DNA of 64,000 bases from Podospora anserina (lineage: Eukaryota). How positions within the stretch are numbered: the first letter of the stretch is position 1; each line of letters begins with the position of its first letter. Location: contig CM030332.1 in the NCBI GenBank assembly GCA_017654855.1, positions 4,526,001 to 4,590,000 on the forward strand. Direction: 5' to 3'. Positions 50,037-62,979 of this stretch are shown here, piece by piece. The notes under the pieces were generated by a model. The model did no database searches, was not told where the DNA came from, and saw only the letters and a list, made by a program, of their open reading frames with translations. Position numbers and translations under genes: made by a program.

Positions 50037-50978
50037 ATGGGACATCAGTCAACGGGACCTGATGAAGGCGCCGAGAAAGGGAAGGCCAAAGATCGAGAAA
50101 CTAGACACGACCAGGACAAATCTATTCACAACGGCGACCCTCAGACCCAAGATACCGGGTCGGCCCTCGCGCGGATTGCTCAGTCAGCCGCCTCCTTACC
50201 GTCGTATCTCATGTCAGGGGCCCCAGAAATAGGTCCTGGTGGAAGCGAAAAAGGGGAGGGTTCCCGAGTGGGACAAGCATTAGCAAGAGCTGGTGATAGT
50301 TCTGTCCGGATACAGACAGACCCTTCAGCTGGTGGGACGTTGAGGCCTGGGCATACCGAGGCGCACATGGCTGAGCAAGATGCGTCGTTTGCGGCGTTTC
50401 TGGATAGTGACGATGTTCCCATGCTGTCAGAGCCCGCTGGGCTGGAAGAAGCCTGGCAGTCGACTACCGCAGCAACGCCGGCTTGGGTGCCATCCCAATC
50501 TGTACAGGAACAGATGGCAAAAGATGGCGCCGACGTGGTGGCCTTGCTGTCTGGACAAAGCGGTCCAGAGCCCGACCTGCTCCCAGAGGAAGCAGTTTCG
50601 CAAGCAGACCTGGCAAGTCTACGAAAGGCTCTCTTTGGCGAGGATGCAGGGCGATCAACAGCTGCTGTTGCGTGGGATAATGTCCTCAACTTCATCCCTG
50701 AATACCTTCGAGCGGACCCCGCTGCGGGCGGCAACACTGAGCTTTACTCGCACCTCGGAGCAGAAAACACCGATGAGGCCTGGCAATCATGGCTTGACCA
50801 GTGGTCTCGGGTGCTGACGGACTATCAAGACGAGGTTTGGGGTGATCTCAACGCGCTGGTCGATGACGCTCGCGAGGAGATCAAGAGGATGGAGGAAGTC
50901 AAACCAGGGGAGAGGCCCCCTGAGCCCAAAGCACTCCTCCGTCTGCGTGCCATTCTTGGGCACTTGCGAGGGACGTAG
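50037..50978 (+). CDS. Conserved fungal hypothetical protein
   Basis: 313-aa ATG ORF with conserved-looking C-terminus WSRVLTDYQDEVWGDL...ALLRLRAILGHLR. Confidence 0.8.
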   Translation: MGHQSTGPDEGAEKGKAKDRETRHDQDKSIHNGDPQTQDTGSALARIAQSAASLPSYLMSGAPEIGPGGSEKGEGSRVGQALARAGDSSVRIQTDPSAGGTLRPGHTEAHMAEQDASFAAFLDSDDVPMLSEPAGLEEAWQSTTAATPAWVPSQSVQEQMAKDGADVVALLSGQSGPEPDLLPEEAVSQADLASLRKALFGEDAGRSTAAVAWDNVLNFIPEYLRADPAAGGNTELYSHLGAENTDEAWQSWLDQWSRVLTDYQDEVWGDLNALVDDAREEIKRMEEVKPGERPPEPKALLRLRAILGHLRGT

Positions 50979-51536
50979 GCACATACTCGTCTGTCATACT
51001 GCCTGCCTGATGCCCCGCGGATGCTCGTCGTGGCAGTAAACCGAACGATTACCCCGCCGAAACCCAACAGACAAGGGTTCCTTATCGGACCCGATATTGT
51101 GTTGCTGTGCCAGCAATCAATATGACATCACAACGTGGATTGCGCGCCTTTGGTTGGTCAACACATCTTGCCCTCAAGCTCCTTTGCAGTGCCGCTGAGC
51201 TGGGCCTCACTCACCGCCCAGCTATCCAAAAGAGCTCACTGCTTGCACCTATCTAGCAACCTTGTACTTGTATTTGTATGAATGTAGCAAACCATACCAA
51301 CCACATATGCAGCATTAGTTTATGCCATGCATCTAGTCTGCCTATCGGCTCAGTTTGTCGAGTGAATCCATTGATTTTCATTGTATCTGGAGATACTCAA
51401 ACTCGGTCATACAGGACCCCCACCGTCACCTCGTACTACATATCCAAGAGGACCGGACCACCACATCTACCCCCCTCTCGGCGATCAGCCATCAGCACAA
51501 GGGGTGTCCAGCAGATAACCGTCCTCCAACCCAAAT

Positions 51537-52493
51537 ATGAGGACCAGACGATCCGCTTGCCTACCAGCGCCCTTGAGCACGCTACTGCTGGCCCTCACTG
51601 CAGCATGCTCTGCTTGCGCCAACCTCCAGCCGTTCCAGCCTGCTGAGACAGCCGCCATTGTCGCAAAGCGGCAGCAAGGATGCCTCTCCAACTTTTACAG
51701 CTGCGCGAACCAAGGTCCCGCATTCAACGGCGTCTGTTGTCAAAACGGACAGACATGCGGTCTAGACGCTAATAATGAGCCGGCGTGCTGTCCAGCTGGG
51801 TGAGATAAACGTTCCCTACACCAAGAAGGCATCTTCCACAGAATGGAAAATTGTGTAGCTAACCATTGACCCTCCTCTCCCGCTTCGTCGCATCAGCGCT
51901 ATATGTACCGGCACCGCACCCGCAAGCTTCGTCACCCCCGTCCCGGCAGCCACGACCGCCGTGTCCTACGTCGCGAACAACTTCTTCTCGTTCCCCTATG
52001 TCGCCACCTACTTTGCCAACAGGGAGCACTGCTCGGCCGCTGCCAGGCAGTGCGATGCCAACCACGAGGCATGCCAGTCGCAACTTCAGGGCCTTGCCGG
52101 CGGGGCAGGATATGCCGTCACCATCGCCGTTCCGGGGGGGGGAGGCACGACTGTGACGGCCGCGGCTGGGGTCACTTATGAGCCTGCTCGGGCGACAAGC
52201 ATATGTAAGCATGAGTTACACTTCCCATACACAAACATTTATGCCCCTCCGGGGTAGGTTCCCAACGCCGTTGGCTGTTCGGTATGGCTTACTTGTTCAT
52301 TGCAGGCAGCAGCTTGTCCAGCGTGGCGTGCAACGGGCTTCAGGCTAGCATGTGCACGATGGAGGGGACAACCGCAAACGGCTTCTACTTTGGGTCTGGG
52401 AATGCAGCCCCAAGACCCACGGCTGCTGCGGTTGGTGTTGTCGGTGCTGTGGCGGCCGGCGTGGCAGGGCTCAATCTCATGAACGGTTTCTAA
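51537..52493 (+). CDS. Secreted Cys-rich, probably GPI-anchored protein (3 exons)
   Basis: Signal peptide, KR site, CC..GQTC...CCP motif, hydrophobic C-terminal tail; introns near 51800-51895 and 52205-52305. Confidence 0.85.
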
Positions 52494-53031
52494 AAGGCAT
52501 AGATTCGGCGGTGGAGTTGGTCTTTTGTGCTGAGTTGCCATGGGATAGCAAGCAAGGGCGTTGATGATATGTATTTGGACAATGTGTCTTGCAACGAAAT
52601 GAGCAACGACGTGGAATACCCGAGTTAGAAAGCTTGGCTCAAAGTCTCGCTGGAAAGAGAAAGTATCTTGTAACATGCAGGCGGTCCTGAAAGGGCCCAA
52701 TATCACACGTGACAAATCACGCATCACCATGTCAAAGGGAAGTGGCAGGCCGCTGAGAAACAGAACGCATGATACCAATTATACCCGTTTTGTGCGCCAT
52801 CGCTAAAAGAACAAGATACTGAGACCCCTTTGACCCTTTATATATAACCTTGGAAATCCATGCCACCCAGCCAAACCTGCCCTCTACCCATATTTTACAC
52901 ATCCAGAGAGCAGCGGGCTTCCAGCCCGGATTTGGCAATACATAGTATGCCTTCAAAATAGCCCGAAAAGACTTGTAGAAAATATAAGAGATAGAGCGCT
53001 TCACAATCGACAACAACAATGACACTTGGTT

Positions 53032-56000
53032 CTACCGTCTTTCATCGATGACCTCAGCCGAGGTGCCCAAAAGATCAGTCTCACGATCGACCCTGTTTAT
53101 GCTGCCTTTAGCAACAAACCCGTACCCGGCAGGTCTTTCGTCGCTGCTGCCTGACCGGTCGTTTAGTTCAACTTGACTGAAGTCCTCGGTGACCCCCGCG
53201 GAGGACCCAGACAATCTCTTCTGCGAGGGTGTCCGTTCGAAGGGAAGCCGCGAAGAGGTCGCACCGGATGGGGCGAGATTGCTTGACCGACCTGCTTCAC
53301 TGGGTAAAGATAACTGTGGCACCTGGACCTGGGGGTTCGAATTCCTTTTTGAGCTTCGTCTGGGGACATTTGGGACCTCGATTTGCAATGAACTATTGGG
53401 GCCCGGCCTCGCGGATGTGGTGGGGGAGCGAGAGGCTATCCCTGCATCCTCATCGGTTTGTGAGGGTGGTGCGTCAACAGCTGGTGCACTTCCCAGGCCG
53501 TCAAGCTCGTCATCCTGCTGGCTTCCCCGGCCATTTAAGGGTTCTTGCTCTGGCACGTCTACGTCTGTCGAGCGTAGAGCATCGTTCTTTGACCGTGTCC
53601 CATCGTCAGAGTCAGAGTCAATCGGGCCGCTGCGAAGAACGCCCATAGCTACAGGAATTCCTTGGGGCGCTCGGTCGTCTTCAAAGCCCCCATTCAACGC
53701 CTGCATCGCAGGTGGCATCCGTGAACTTCTGACCACTTCAAAGCCCTTTCCCTTATCCTTGCCTTTAGGCGCAAACATATTCCTGAACCAACCCGCCGCA
53801 GAAGTCATTGGTCTAGTCGGATCAGCGGGCCCAGTCCTCAGCTTGCGACTCGGCGCATCCGAGTTCAACCTCTGGCCTCTGACTCCGTAATAAAAGTCCG
53901 CTTCTCGCATGGAATAGTCAGTCCTGGCGGGACCAAAAGGAACCACATACGGCGCGGGTGTGGCATCCCTTGATATCTGAGTGCCAATTTCTAGGGGGTC
54001 GTTCAGTTGCACCGTCCCAGGTTCGCTAAGGCGTTTCTGAGCCCAATCACTGCTCGTCCATGACCCTCCCACCTTGGTGGTAGGCGAATAGGTCGTTTCA
54101 ATAGTAGGGCGCCGTTGCCTCGGTGGTCGATAGTACGGATCTGGAGCCTGCATGGTCATGGAACCCTGGGGCCTACCGGGGTGTCCAGGAGATGGCAGGA
54201 AAGAAAAGTTGCTGGCTTCTCCCGGTGTCGTGGGTGTGTAAGAGCCGGCAATGCTCTCCAGTGGACGCGCGGGACCGTCAAAGCTAGGGGTGTTGAACCC
54301 GGACGAGCTTCTATGCCGGTGATGCATCATGACACCCATGCTCCCGGCCGACTCACTCCTAATGCGTCCACCAGGCATGATGTAGCCTGCTTTCGATGTT
54401 TCGTCGACATCCAGCATGGCAGAACTTGAGAGCTGGCTTTGGCGAGATGGGCCGGTTTCACGCCGAGACATACGGCGGGAAAGCTGTCTCATGCCAAAGA
54501 TTTTGGACAATCCACCTCGGGACTGACCCCGAATATCATCACCGCCAGCCCCTAGCATACGGGCAACAACCTCGACAATAGTCTGGACTGCGTTCAAGAG
54601 AAATCCAAGCACAAGAACGCCAGCGTGAGTGATGAGAATCGCATAGCCGATCCAGCCCTTTTCACTCTCAGGAACACCGAGTGATGGCACGAACACCACC
54701 ATCAGGAGCACTGTGACAAGACGCAGCGCAGAGAAAAGCGTGTGGTAAGCATTCATGGATGTCGCTGAGTGAAACGGCCGAAAAGCGTGCAGCGTAAGGA
54801 CATGTATCACCTCGCAGATAGCAAGAATGACGACCTGAGCGACGCCAGAAGGCTGCACGGCTCCCATTGCTATGCCGCGGACGAAATTCAACAGCACAGG
54901 GATCATAGTGAAAGCTGCGGCTTCGTCCGAGTAAGTGTTGTACAGCGGGCCATAAAGGAGAAGCGTCGGGAGGTCGTCAAACAGGAAAGCTCGAGGCTTG
55001 GTCTTGGCAACAAGAAAAAGCAGCCAACCTGCAAATCCGATAATCAAAATCAGAGCCAGGACAGCGACCACCACCGTGTAGACCGGCGACTGGCCAGCGA
55101 TGACGAGCTGAAACGTCGATAGGGCGACAATCGGCATCAGGAAATAGTTCAAGACAATCCTGACAACATTGCCGAGAGTAAATGGTATGTTTTTGGCGCG
55201 CAAGTCTTCTTCCGAGACCTTTTGGAAGTAGCGATAGAGCCACTGAACAACAAACCCGGCCTGTACAAGGACAGTTATAGCGGCAATGATGACCAACACC
55301 CAGATAATAGTGCCAGTCCATATATCCTCAGGGTTAGCCATGCCGGCCAGTTGGGCGAGGCGTTGCAAGCCATATGCACCGTCTGCAACATAAATACCGT
55401 CCCGAAGACTGACCCATCCAGGGTCCTGCGTGACAAAGCTCTGGTTGAACATGAGTGCTGACCACGCTGCCTGACTGACGATAGGCTGGTAGAATCCTGG
55501 GTAGTTTAGCGTCAGGCCGCCAGTGAGGACGACGAACTGAATGTACTGAAGGCAATCTCCAAAACCAGGGGTGACAAGTCGAAGGAGATCGGGGTCACGA
55601 CCGTAGTTGGAGCTCCAGTGGAAGACATCGCTGGTTCCCCAGGGGCTGAAAACTGCTGCAAATACTGTTGCCGCACCCACAAAGACCAGAACAGCCAGGG
55701 GTAGGAATTTCAACATCCAAGCCAAACTTCCCAGATCTGGCGTCACGTTGGCTGTCACGCAAGTGATGATTTCAGCCTGATCACCATAAATAACCTCAAA
55801 GGACGTCGAGAACGATCCAAAAGCATACGACGAGTAGAAATCGTTGCTGATTGACACAAACGGCAGTTTGTCTTTGACTAGGCTATATGACGCTGTCAGC
55901 ACTACACATTCACGACCGGGCCCTTGAGCTCCGTAGATCAAAAGGCAGGCCTTTCCCTCGCTGAGTGTTCGCTCCAACTTACCCAAAGTCAGATCCATTC

Positions 56001-56677
56001 CAATAGCCAAAAACAGGCCCAAGGGGGCATGCTCCGTTCTTCAACTCATCATTGCAAAAGTCGGTAAGATTGGACCAAGGCTCATACGTCAAGACTTTGA
56101 TCCTGGCTCTCAACGTGGTGAACTTATTTACGTCGGGCACCCCCAGAAGCTTGCCGTCGGTTTTATTCGGGTCAGCCCAGTCCGGACTGGTCGCCGGCGG
56201 CAATGACACCGGTGTGTACGAGCCCGTCACATTCCCCCACAGCGTAACCCGAAGAGAGTGCCTATCGGTTGCTTCGAAAGTAGCATCGATGTGTATGGGT
56301 TCCCACTGCAGCTTTGGCGGTTGACTGTTTCTGTAGGTGTCTGATAGACAGTTCTCAAACGGCACGGAGGCAGCGGCAGCCGGACGGGTGAGGGGGCTCA
56401 ACAGCAATATCAACACAGCGGGAAGGCGGAGGAAGGACCGCAGTTCGGATAGCCGGGAACGAGGGCCTGTGTGGCGGACAAAATCGGACGACAAGATGTC
56501 AGGCGAAGGGCTCCGACCCGTCATGGCGACGACCGAAGATACGGACAACCCATCGGCCGCATGCCGGGGCCGATCATGGTAGCCACGGGCTCGGACGCCA
56601 CGGGGCTCAGATGGCGACTCTGGATGGAAAGGGGGCTTGGGTGTAACTGGGATGTCGGGAGCATCGACGTCTCGCAT
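53032..56677 (-). CDS. TRP_N (ML-like) plus TRP domain polytopic membrane protein, Flc/Pkd2-like (intron ~55884-55982)
   Basis: CPLGP motif, LVTPGFGDCLQYIQF, LNYPGFYQP, multiple TM helices and a long disordered tail. Confidence 0.88.
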
Positions 56678-57854
56678 GTTTAGCAGAGCTGCTGTGTTGA
56701 TGTCGGCAGCGTCAGGGGGAGTGTCGACCGTCTCGATGTCTTGAACACGCCGGTAGAACGAATAGGCTGCCGGCGGTCTTGCACTGTTGAAGAAAGCTGG
56801 GCCTGTCGGCAGAATCGGCGATTGTGGTAACGGCGCAACGGCAACGGACTATGTGCTGTGCATCTTGGAGTGTACGTCGTCTTGCAGTCCCAATCTGACG
56901 AGTGCCTGTCTTTTTCGAGTTCTGTCGGTTCGATATGTCGTCGGCGGGCCTTTGGGGACTGGAAAGAATAGGAGCGACAGGATAACGAGCGTCAGCCCCG
57001 GACAGGAAGGACGCGCACGAGTGTGGAAGGATGCTTTGGGTGGTGTCCCACACCAGGTAGCGCTTTTGGAACTTGGAGGAGGCAGTGCTGGGTAACATGC
57101 ACGGCCTCTGTTTGGTTAGCGTGCGCGCCAGGGACCCAGGAGATTGTGACAGCCCGTGGGCGGGTCTTGCCCTGGTCTGTGCACTGACATATGTAGAACC
57201 AGGCCTCAAATGACGTGGATTTCCATGACTGCTGGAATAGGCTTGACAAGTCTTCAACTGCTCAACTGGCTTCTTTCTGTCTGTACCTCCCTAATGCACT
57301 GATTGATACAGGGAGCAAAGAGTCAATCAAGGTCATGACGTTTTCTACTCCTCCCCAATGTTACAGCGTTTCTTGCCAACTTGCCCAACACGAGGTTAAT
57401 GGATTATGGATTACTATGGATCAGCGGGAGCGGCCTTGATCGTGACCCTGCTATTAAGGCACTTGTTATACCTCCATCAACCTCTCCGGAACCTTTGTGT
57501 TCTGCCGCCCAACCAAGAGGTGGCCCGCTGTATGACTGCAGCGGCCGGCCAGTCCGTCACACCTTTGGGGTCGGAACCAGGCCTGGAGATAGGGTGAACA
57601 TTATCAACGGCACGTTTTCTTGAGACCAAGTGACACGCCTCGCATGAAAATAAGACACCAAAATTACCAATTGATATTTAGCACGCTGTTTCTCTATCAT
57701 CCCCCTTCAACTCCCTTATTAACTTTGTCAGAGTATGCCTCCCGGGTATCTCCTATCATCGTCATCCCACTTCGTATTCCCTCTTTTCCATGCCAAAACA
57801 CAGCAACAGATAGAGCCATACATGACACGAGCAAAGTTTTGCCAAGCATATACA

Positions 57855-60800
57855 TCAAGATTGCAATTCAAGCCTCCTTTCCTTCGCCCACTGCCTGCCA
57901 ATGCGTTCCATCTCTGTACAGTCTTCAGCAGTGTTCGGATGAAGCGTCCACTCTGTGGCCGGTGCAAGCTTCCTCAACAGTTTCTTCAGTTGTGTCAAGA
58001 TGGCTCTGTCCCATTCTGAAAATGGCAATCGCAGGCTTTGTGATACCATTCTAGGGTGATTTTCTGCTCCTGATCGAAGCTCGCGTATCGGCCGGAACAC
58101 CGTTAATTCGAGAGTGTTGATGATAACCCGGGGCGCATGAGTTTCGTATCTGGGTGTTCCTAACGGCAGCCAACTTCTCGTGTTCTGGCCAAGTCCGACC
58201 TCTGTAGTGCTGTGTACAGGTCTATCAGTATCGTGATTGGAAACCCGGAAATGCGGCCTCCTGATTCGAGCGGCGCTCTGTTCCTTCCCACCACGATGGA
58301 GGGCATGTCCCACCCTCTGCTCATCCTTCGGTCCAAATAAACTTTGCAGACTGGCCGCCTCACCAGCATCTTCATGATTCGACTGTGCTAGGGGATTATT
58401 GGAATGGCCCGAAGCAGATGTTTCTGTGACTACTGCGCGAGCGTTGTGTTGAGATCGAATCGCCGACCCTGCCGTGGGTCTTACCAAGCCATCACTGTCG
58501 CCTTCGACGTTGTTTCTATGCTTCTCAAAAGGGAGCGTGGCTTGTTTCGAGTGACCATATGCTCTCCTCATATCAGGATACCGCTTTTCGAAATGCTTCC
58601 TGATATCACCGCCATTTCTATGCTGCCGTGCTCCAGGATTTGTCAGACCGCTGACCGCAGTCTCGTCTTCTGAATCAGTGTTTTCGGAGCTATGGAGTTC
58701 CGTTGTCGCATCATCAGAGTCACTAGAGCTATGTTGATTGGGATCTCCAGTTGATGACAGGACATTTTCAGCCGAAACTCCCCGAGTTACTCGGTTACGC
58801 TGCTGATTCTGTTGTCGTTTTGGTATGTGGAGAGGCTGCGACGAGGTTCTTTGGACCGCATTTGATGACATTGGAGTCTCGCCAAGAGGCACTTCCAGTC
58901 TTTGGGCTGCGTTGTCTGAAGACCCACCGATGAGTAGTCTGGCTGCCCTTGACACGTGAGGGTATATGCGGCGCGGCAGTAGGCGATCTTTATACGTCGG
59001 GTGGCTCGTATTACCATGGCTCGGCCCAAGTGATGGTGGGATCAACTGGTCTAGCTCGGAAGATGGTGACGGCGTCAATGGCGTGACTGGGAGCTTGAAG
59101 CTAGGGTTCAGTCTCACAATAGGCAGTCCTCGCTGATGAGATTGGGCTGGGCCCCTAATACCCGTAGCTTCTGCACGTGGAGGCCCTCTGGATAATGTCG
59201 GCTGTTTCTCGTGAAACTGCTGGTTGTCCGGGCGGCCCGAGGGAAGAGGGCGCCTTTTGAGACTTCCCATAGCTGCAATAGACCACGGGTTGAGCTCTGC
59301 CAAAGCGTTATGTCCGTCGGCCACATGAGACTCTGAACGCTGCCGACTTTCTCCTTGGCTTTGGGTGTCGGTGTTGCTCTCCTCTTCCAGAGTTGGACAC
59401 ACAGGTTGGCCCAATTCGTTCTGACTCTCCATGTCAAAGTCACCATCCGATCCGTCTACCGGAGCCGACATATCAACCGTCCACGAACTCGCTTGGCCCT
59501 TATGAAATGTTGGCGAATGCAGGTAATTTTGGGGAGTTACGTTGGTACTTACGGTGAAAAGATCCCGGTGATTGTCATTATCTTGTGGGCTCATCTCTCC
59601 GTCACCGTCCCCTCTGATTCGTGACGAGTGCGAAAGGGGTAACGCGGCTGCCGCATGTTTCTTATGTTGGTCGGCAATTGATGTGCTATTGGGTTCATCC
59701 GGGCGGTGATTCCCCTGCCTACCAATCCCATCTTCCAAATGTGAACAAGCTTCCCACACTTCCCCCCTATTTTCACGACCCTGTCCCTCATTGACACTAC
59801 TGGGGTAGACCACCCGCAGGAATGTTTTGAAGTCACTGATCAATTGATCTTCCTGAAGAAACAAAACATCCTCCTTGGCTGGCTCTATGTTGACATCGTA
59901 CCATCCTAGAGAACAGCAGATGTTCAGACAGATGAAAATATCCTTGGGGACACCTGCCGAAGTTAGTGGACAGACAGACTGTCTCAAACATTCTCTCAAC
60001 GCCATGGTCAGTTTTCTCCCGGTTCCTCGAGTGGCTGAAATGGGGCGGGAGTCGACAGAGAAGAAAAGGCCCTTCGGAATTTTGCTGTGCTCGACATCTG
60101 GTTTCATAAGAATCGCTTGAAACACGTGTCGCCTGCTCCTTTCTTCGCCCGGCAAGCCTGTGTTGGGATCTGGTCTGTCCGGCCACGTTCGGACAAAACA
60201 CTGAGATGCCTTCTGAACACCGAAGATCTGGATAGCTGTTTCCATAATGTCCTTGCCTGGATGTGGAGATATCCTCAGAGACTGATTGGGGTTTTGTAAG
60301 ACTGCAAAGTGTATCCTAAGCGGGTGTCTCGCAAACGCACAAGCCTGAACCAAGTACCTCATCTTCTCGATGTTCTTCGATATCTCCACCGGCTTTCTCG
60401 CGATTCGCTCTCGGACGGGATAATTGGAGAAAATGTTGGTGACTGTGACTGTAGTGCCCTGCTCAGCAGCGTGTACGCTTTGAGTTTCGACGCCGCCGTT
60501 GTCAGCAAGCCGAATCATTTGAGGGGTTTCCAATCCGACTCTCGTGATCACATGAACGGTTGCTACCGTGTTGATACTGGCCAAGGCTGTCCCACGAAAT
60601 CCAAGGGATTTCCCACCAATCTTGTCAATGTCCTCAAAGGAACTGAGCTTGCTCGTATGCGAAGGGCGGCCAAGGGCGTTGAAGTCAAAGGAGGATATAC
60701 CGCTTCCATTATCCCTCACTTCAATCTTGTCTACAGTGTTTGGGGAAATACTGATATGTATGGTCTGTGCCCCCGAGTCCAGAGCGTTGTCCAGCAGTTC

Positions 60801-60884
60801 CTTCAAGACCATGAAAGTTGAGGTAATGTTCAAAGTCGAGCCGATCCGCCGGCAAGCATCATCCGGGAGTGGTGTGATGGGCAT
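57855..60884 (-). CDS. MutL-family mismatch-repair protein (Mlh2 / non-nuclease PMS-like)
   Basis: GHKL ATPase motifs KELLDNALDSGA, DNGSGI, LGFRGTAL, GTTV and transducer YDVNIEPAKEDV; no DQHA(X)2E(X)4E nuclease motif. Confidence 0.88.
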   Translation of the reverse strand: MPITPLPDDACRRIGSTLNITSTFMVLKELLDNALDSGAQTIHISISPNTVDKIEVRDNGSGISSFDFNALGRPSHTSKLSSFEDIDKIGGKSLGFRGTALASINTVATVHVITRVGLETPQMIRLADNGGVETQSVHAAEQGTTVTVTNIFSNYPVRERIARKPVEISKNIEKMRYLVQACAFARHPLRIHFAVLQNPNQSLRISPHPGKDIMETAIQIFGVQKASQCFVRTWPDRPDPNTGLPGEERSRRHVFQAILMKPDVEHSKIPKGLFFSVDSRPISATRGTGRKLTMALRECLRQSVCPLTSAGVPKDIFICLNICCSLGWYDVNIEPAKEDVLFLQEDQLISDFKTFLRVVYPSSVNEGQGRENRGEVWEACSHLEDGIGRQGNHRPDEPNSTSIADQHKKHAAAALPLSHSSRIRGDGDGEMSPQDNDNHRDLFTVSTNVTPQNYLHSPTFHKGQASSWTVDMSAPVDGSDGDFDMESQNELGQPVCPTLEEESNTDTQSQGESRQRSESHVADGHNALAELNPWSIAAMGSLKRRPLPSGRPDNQQFHEKQPTLSRGPPRAEATGIRGPAQSHQRGLPIVRLNPSFKLPVTPLTPSPSSELDQLIPPSLGPSHGNTSHPTYKDRLLPRRIYPHVSRAARLLIGGSSDNAAQRLEVPLGETPMSSNAVQRTSSQPLHIPKRQQNQQRNRVTRGVSAENVLSSTGDPNQHSSSDSDDATTELHSSENTDSEDETAVSGLTNPGARQHRNGGDIRKHFEKRYPDMRRAYGHSKQATLPFEKHRNNVEGDSDGLVRPTAGSAIRSQHNARAVVTETSASGHSNNPLAQSNHEDAGEAASLQSLFGPKDEQRVGHALHRGGKEQSAARIRRPHFRVSNHDTDRPVHSTTEVGLGQNTRSWLPLGTPRYETHAPRVIINTLELTVFRPIRELRSGAENHPRMVSQSLRLPFSEWDRAILTQLKKLLRKLAPATEWTLHPNTAEDCTEMERIGRQWAKERRLELQS

Positions 60885-61042
60885 GGTGGCTAGAAAAACA
60901 ACAGAATATTGATATCAAGGGTAGTACTCATGATGCTAGCGGGAGTGATGGAATAATAATAAGTACATGAGGGAATAAGGGGCGGTGCCCACAAGGTAGA
61001 TTGCTTGGTGCTGGGCAGATATGTTTTTGCGGAAGACAGTTC

Positions 61043-61114
<72 letters not shown>
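61043..61114 (+). repeat. Compound microsatellite T18(GT)27
   Basis: T run at 61043-61060 and GT repeat at 61061-61114. Confidence 0.98.
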
Positions 61115-61118
<4 letters not shown>

Positions 61119-61774
61119 CGGCTTTCACTCTGTCCACGTGAAGACCAGACACCTGGAACATAGAGAAGGCACCGATGCGCTGTTAAGCTGAAAGGCGCAA
61201 CCACCGTGGTTCTTGCCTTGTTGGGAGCTCGCCAGCAGTGGTTGGTACCTGCCACAAAGTAGCTGACGCACTATCGAAGGGGGGAATCCCTGTGCCCTCT
61301 CTTAATAGACTAAACTTACATGTCTCAACAAAAACATTTAGTAGCGAGAAGTATATCTAGCCTCCTGATATCCTTACATTGTGATATAATGTAGTGAGGC
61401 CATTCATCTTGAAGTTGGTCGACGGATTAGGAAGGAAGTAAACATATACTGACAATAGAGGACCAATCAGAGCAGGAACTGAGTTGCTGACTAACCACCG
61501 CTGATGAGCCAAGAGGAAATTGCCGAGCGGCAGACGAGGCAGAAGGAGCCCCGCCATGGCCCGGGCCAGCAACGTCAGCGGACCCTCAGGGGCATTTCGA
61601 ATGCCGACTGCCCCTCATTTATTCAACCCCCTTCCGGAACTTGGAAGCTCACTTTTTTACAGTTATCGTTCGAATTACTCATTCCACGACTATACGAAGC
61701 CTTCAGCCAGAGTCAAATCACGAAACGCCACAATCTGCTTACCCGACCCCGTAACCTTCCGTATCATCGACAAC

Positions 61775-62574
<800 letters not shown>

Positions 62575-62979
62575 AAACAGATCGGAAAGTAGCGAACCGA
62601 AAAGCTAGGGAAGGGTCTGAAAATACAATGCTTTTCCTATTACTGAATTAGAGCAATGAAGTGCTATGTCTATCGTGAATTGTCCGAAAGGACTGCCTCA
62701 AAAATCACCAAAGAGAAAGGCTCCAAAAACACCTCCGTTCTTTCCTCAACGCTATCCCCACTCCTTCTGGCAAAACCACTCCTGCGCCCCCTTTATCCGC
62801 CGCAAGACCGCTTCTGATACCGATAAAGATAATGAAACAAAGATGAATGTACAATGTGGCCACTTGATTTATCCAACACATGCAAAAGCAAAATGGCCAG
62901 CAGCAAAAGATCCTCCAACTTCTCTAATCCCTCCGATATAGATACTAATATCGAGTCTTACTGTTGACAAGAGATGCAC

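Noticed and set aside
55884-56022. Apparent frameshift between the two TRP-like ORFs
   Set aside because: Explained by a canonical GTAAGT...GCTGAC...TAG intron.
56700-57850. Small ORFs between the TRP-like gene and the MutL homolog
   Set aside because: No coding signature; most likely 5' leader and terminator sequence.
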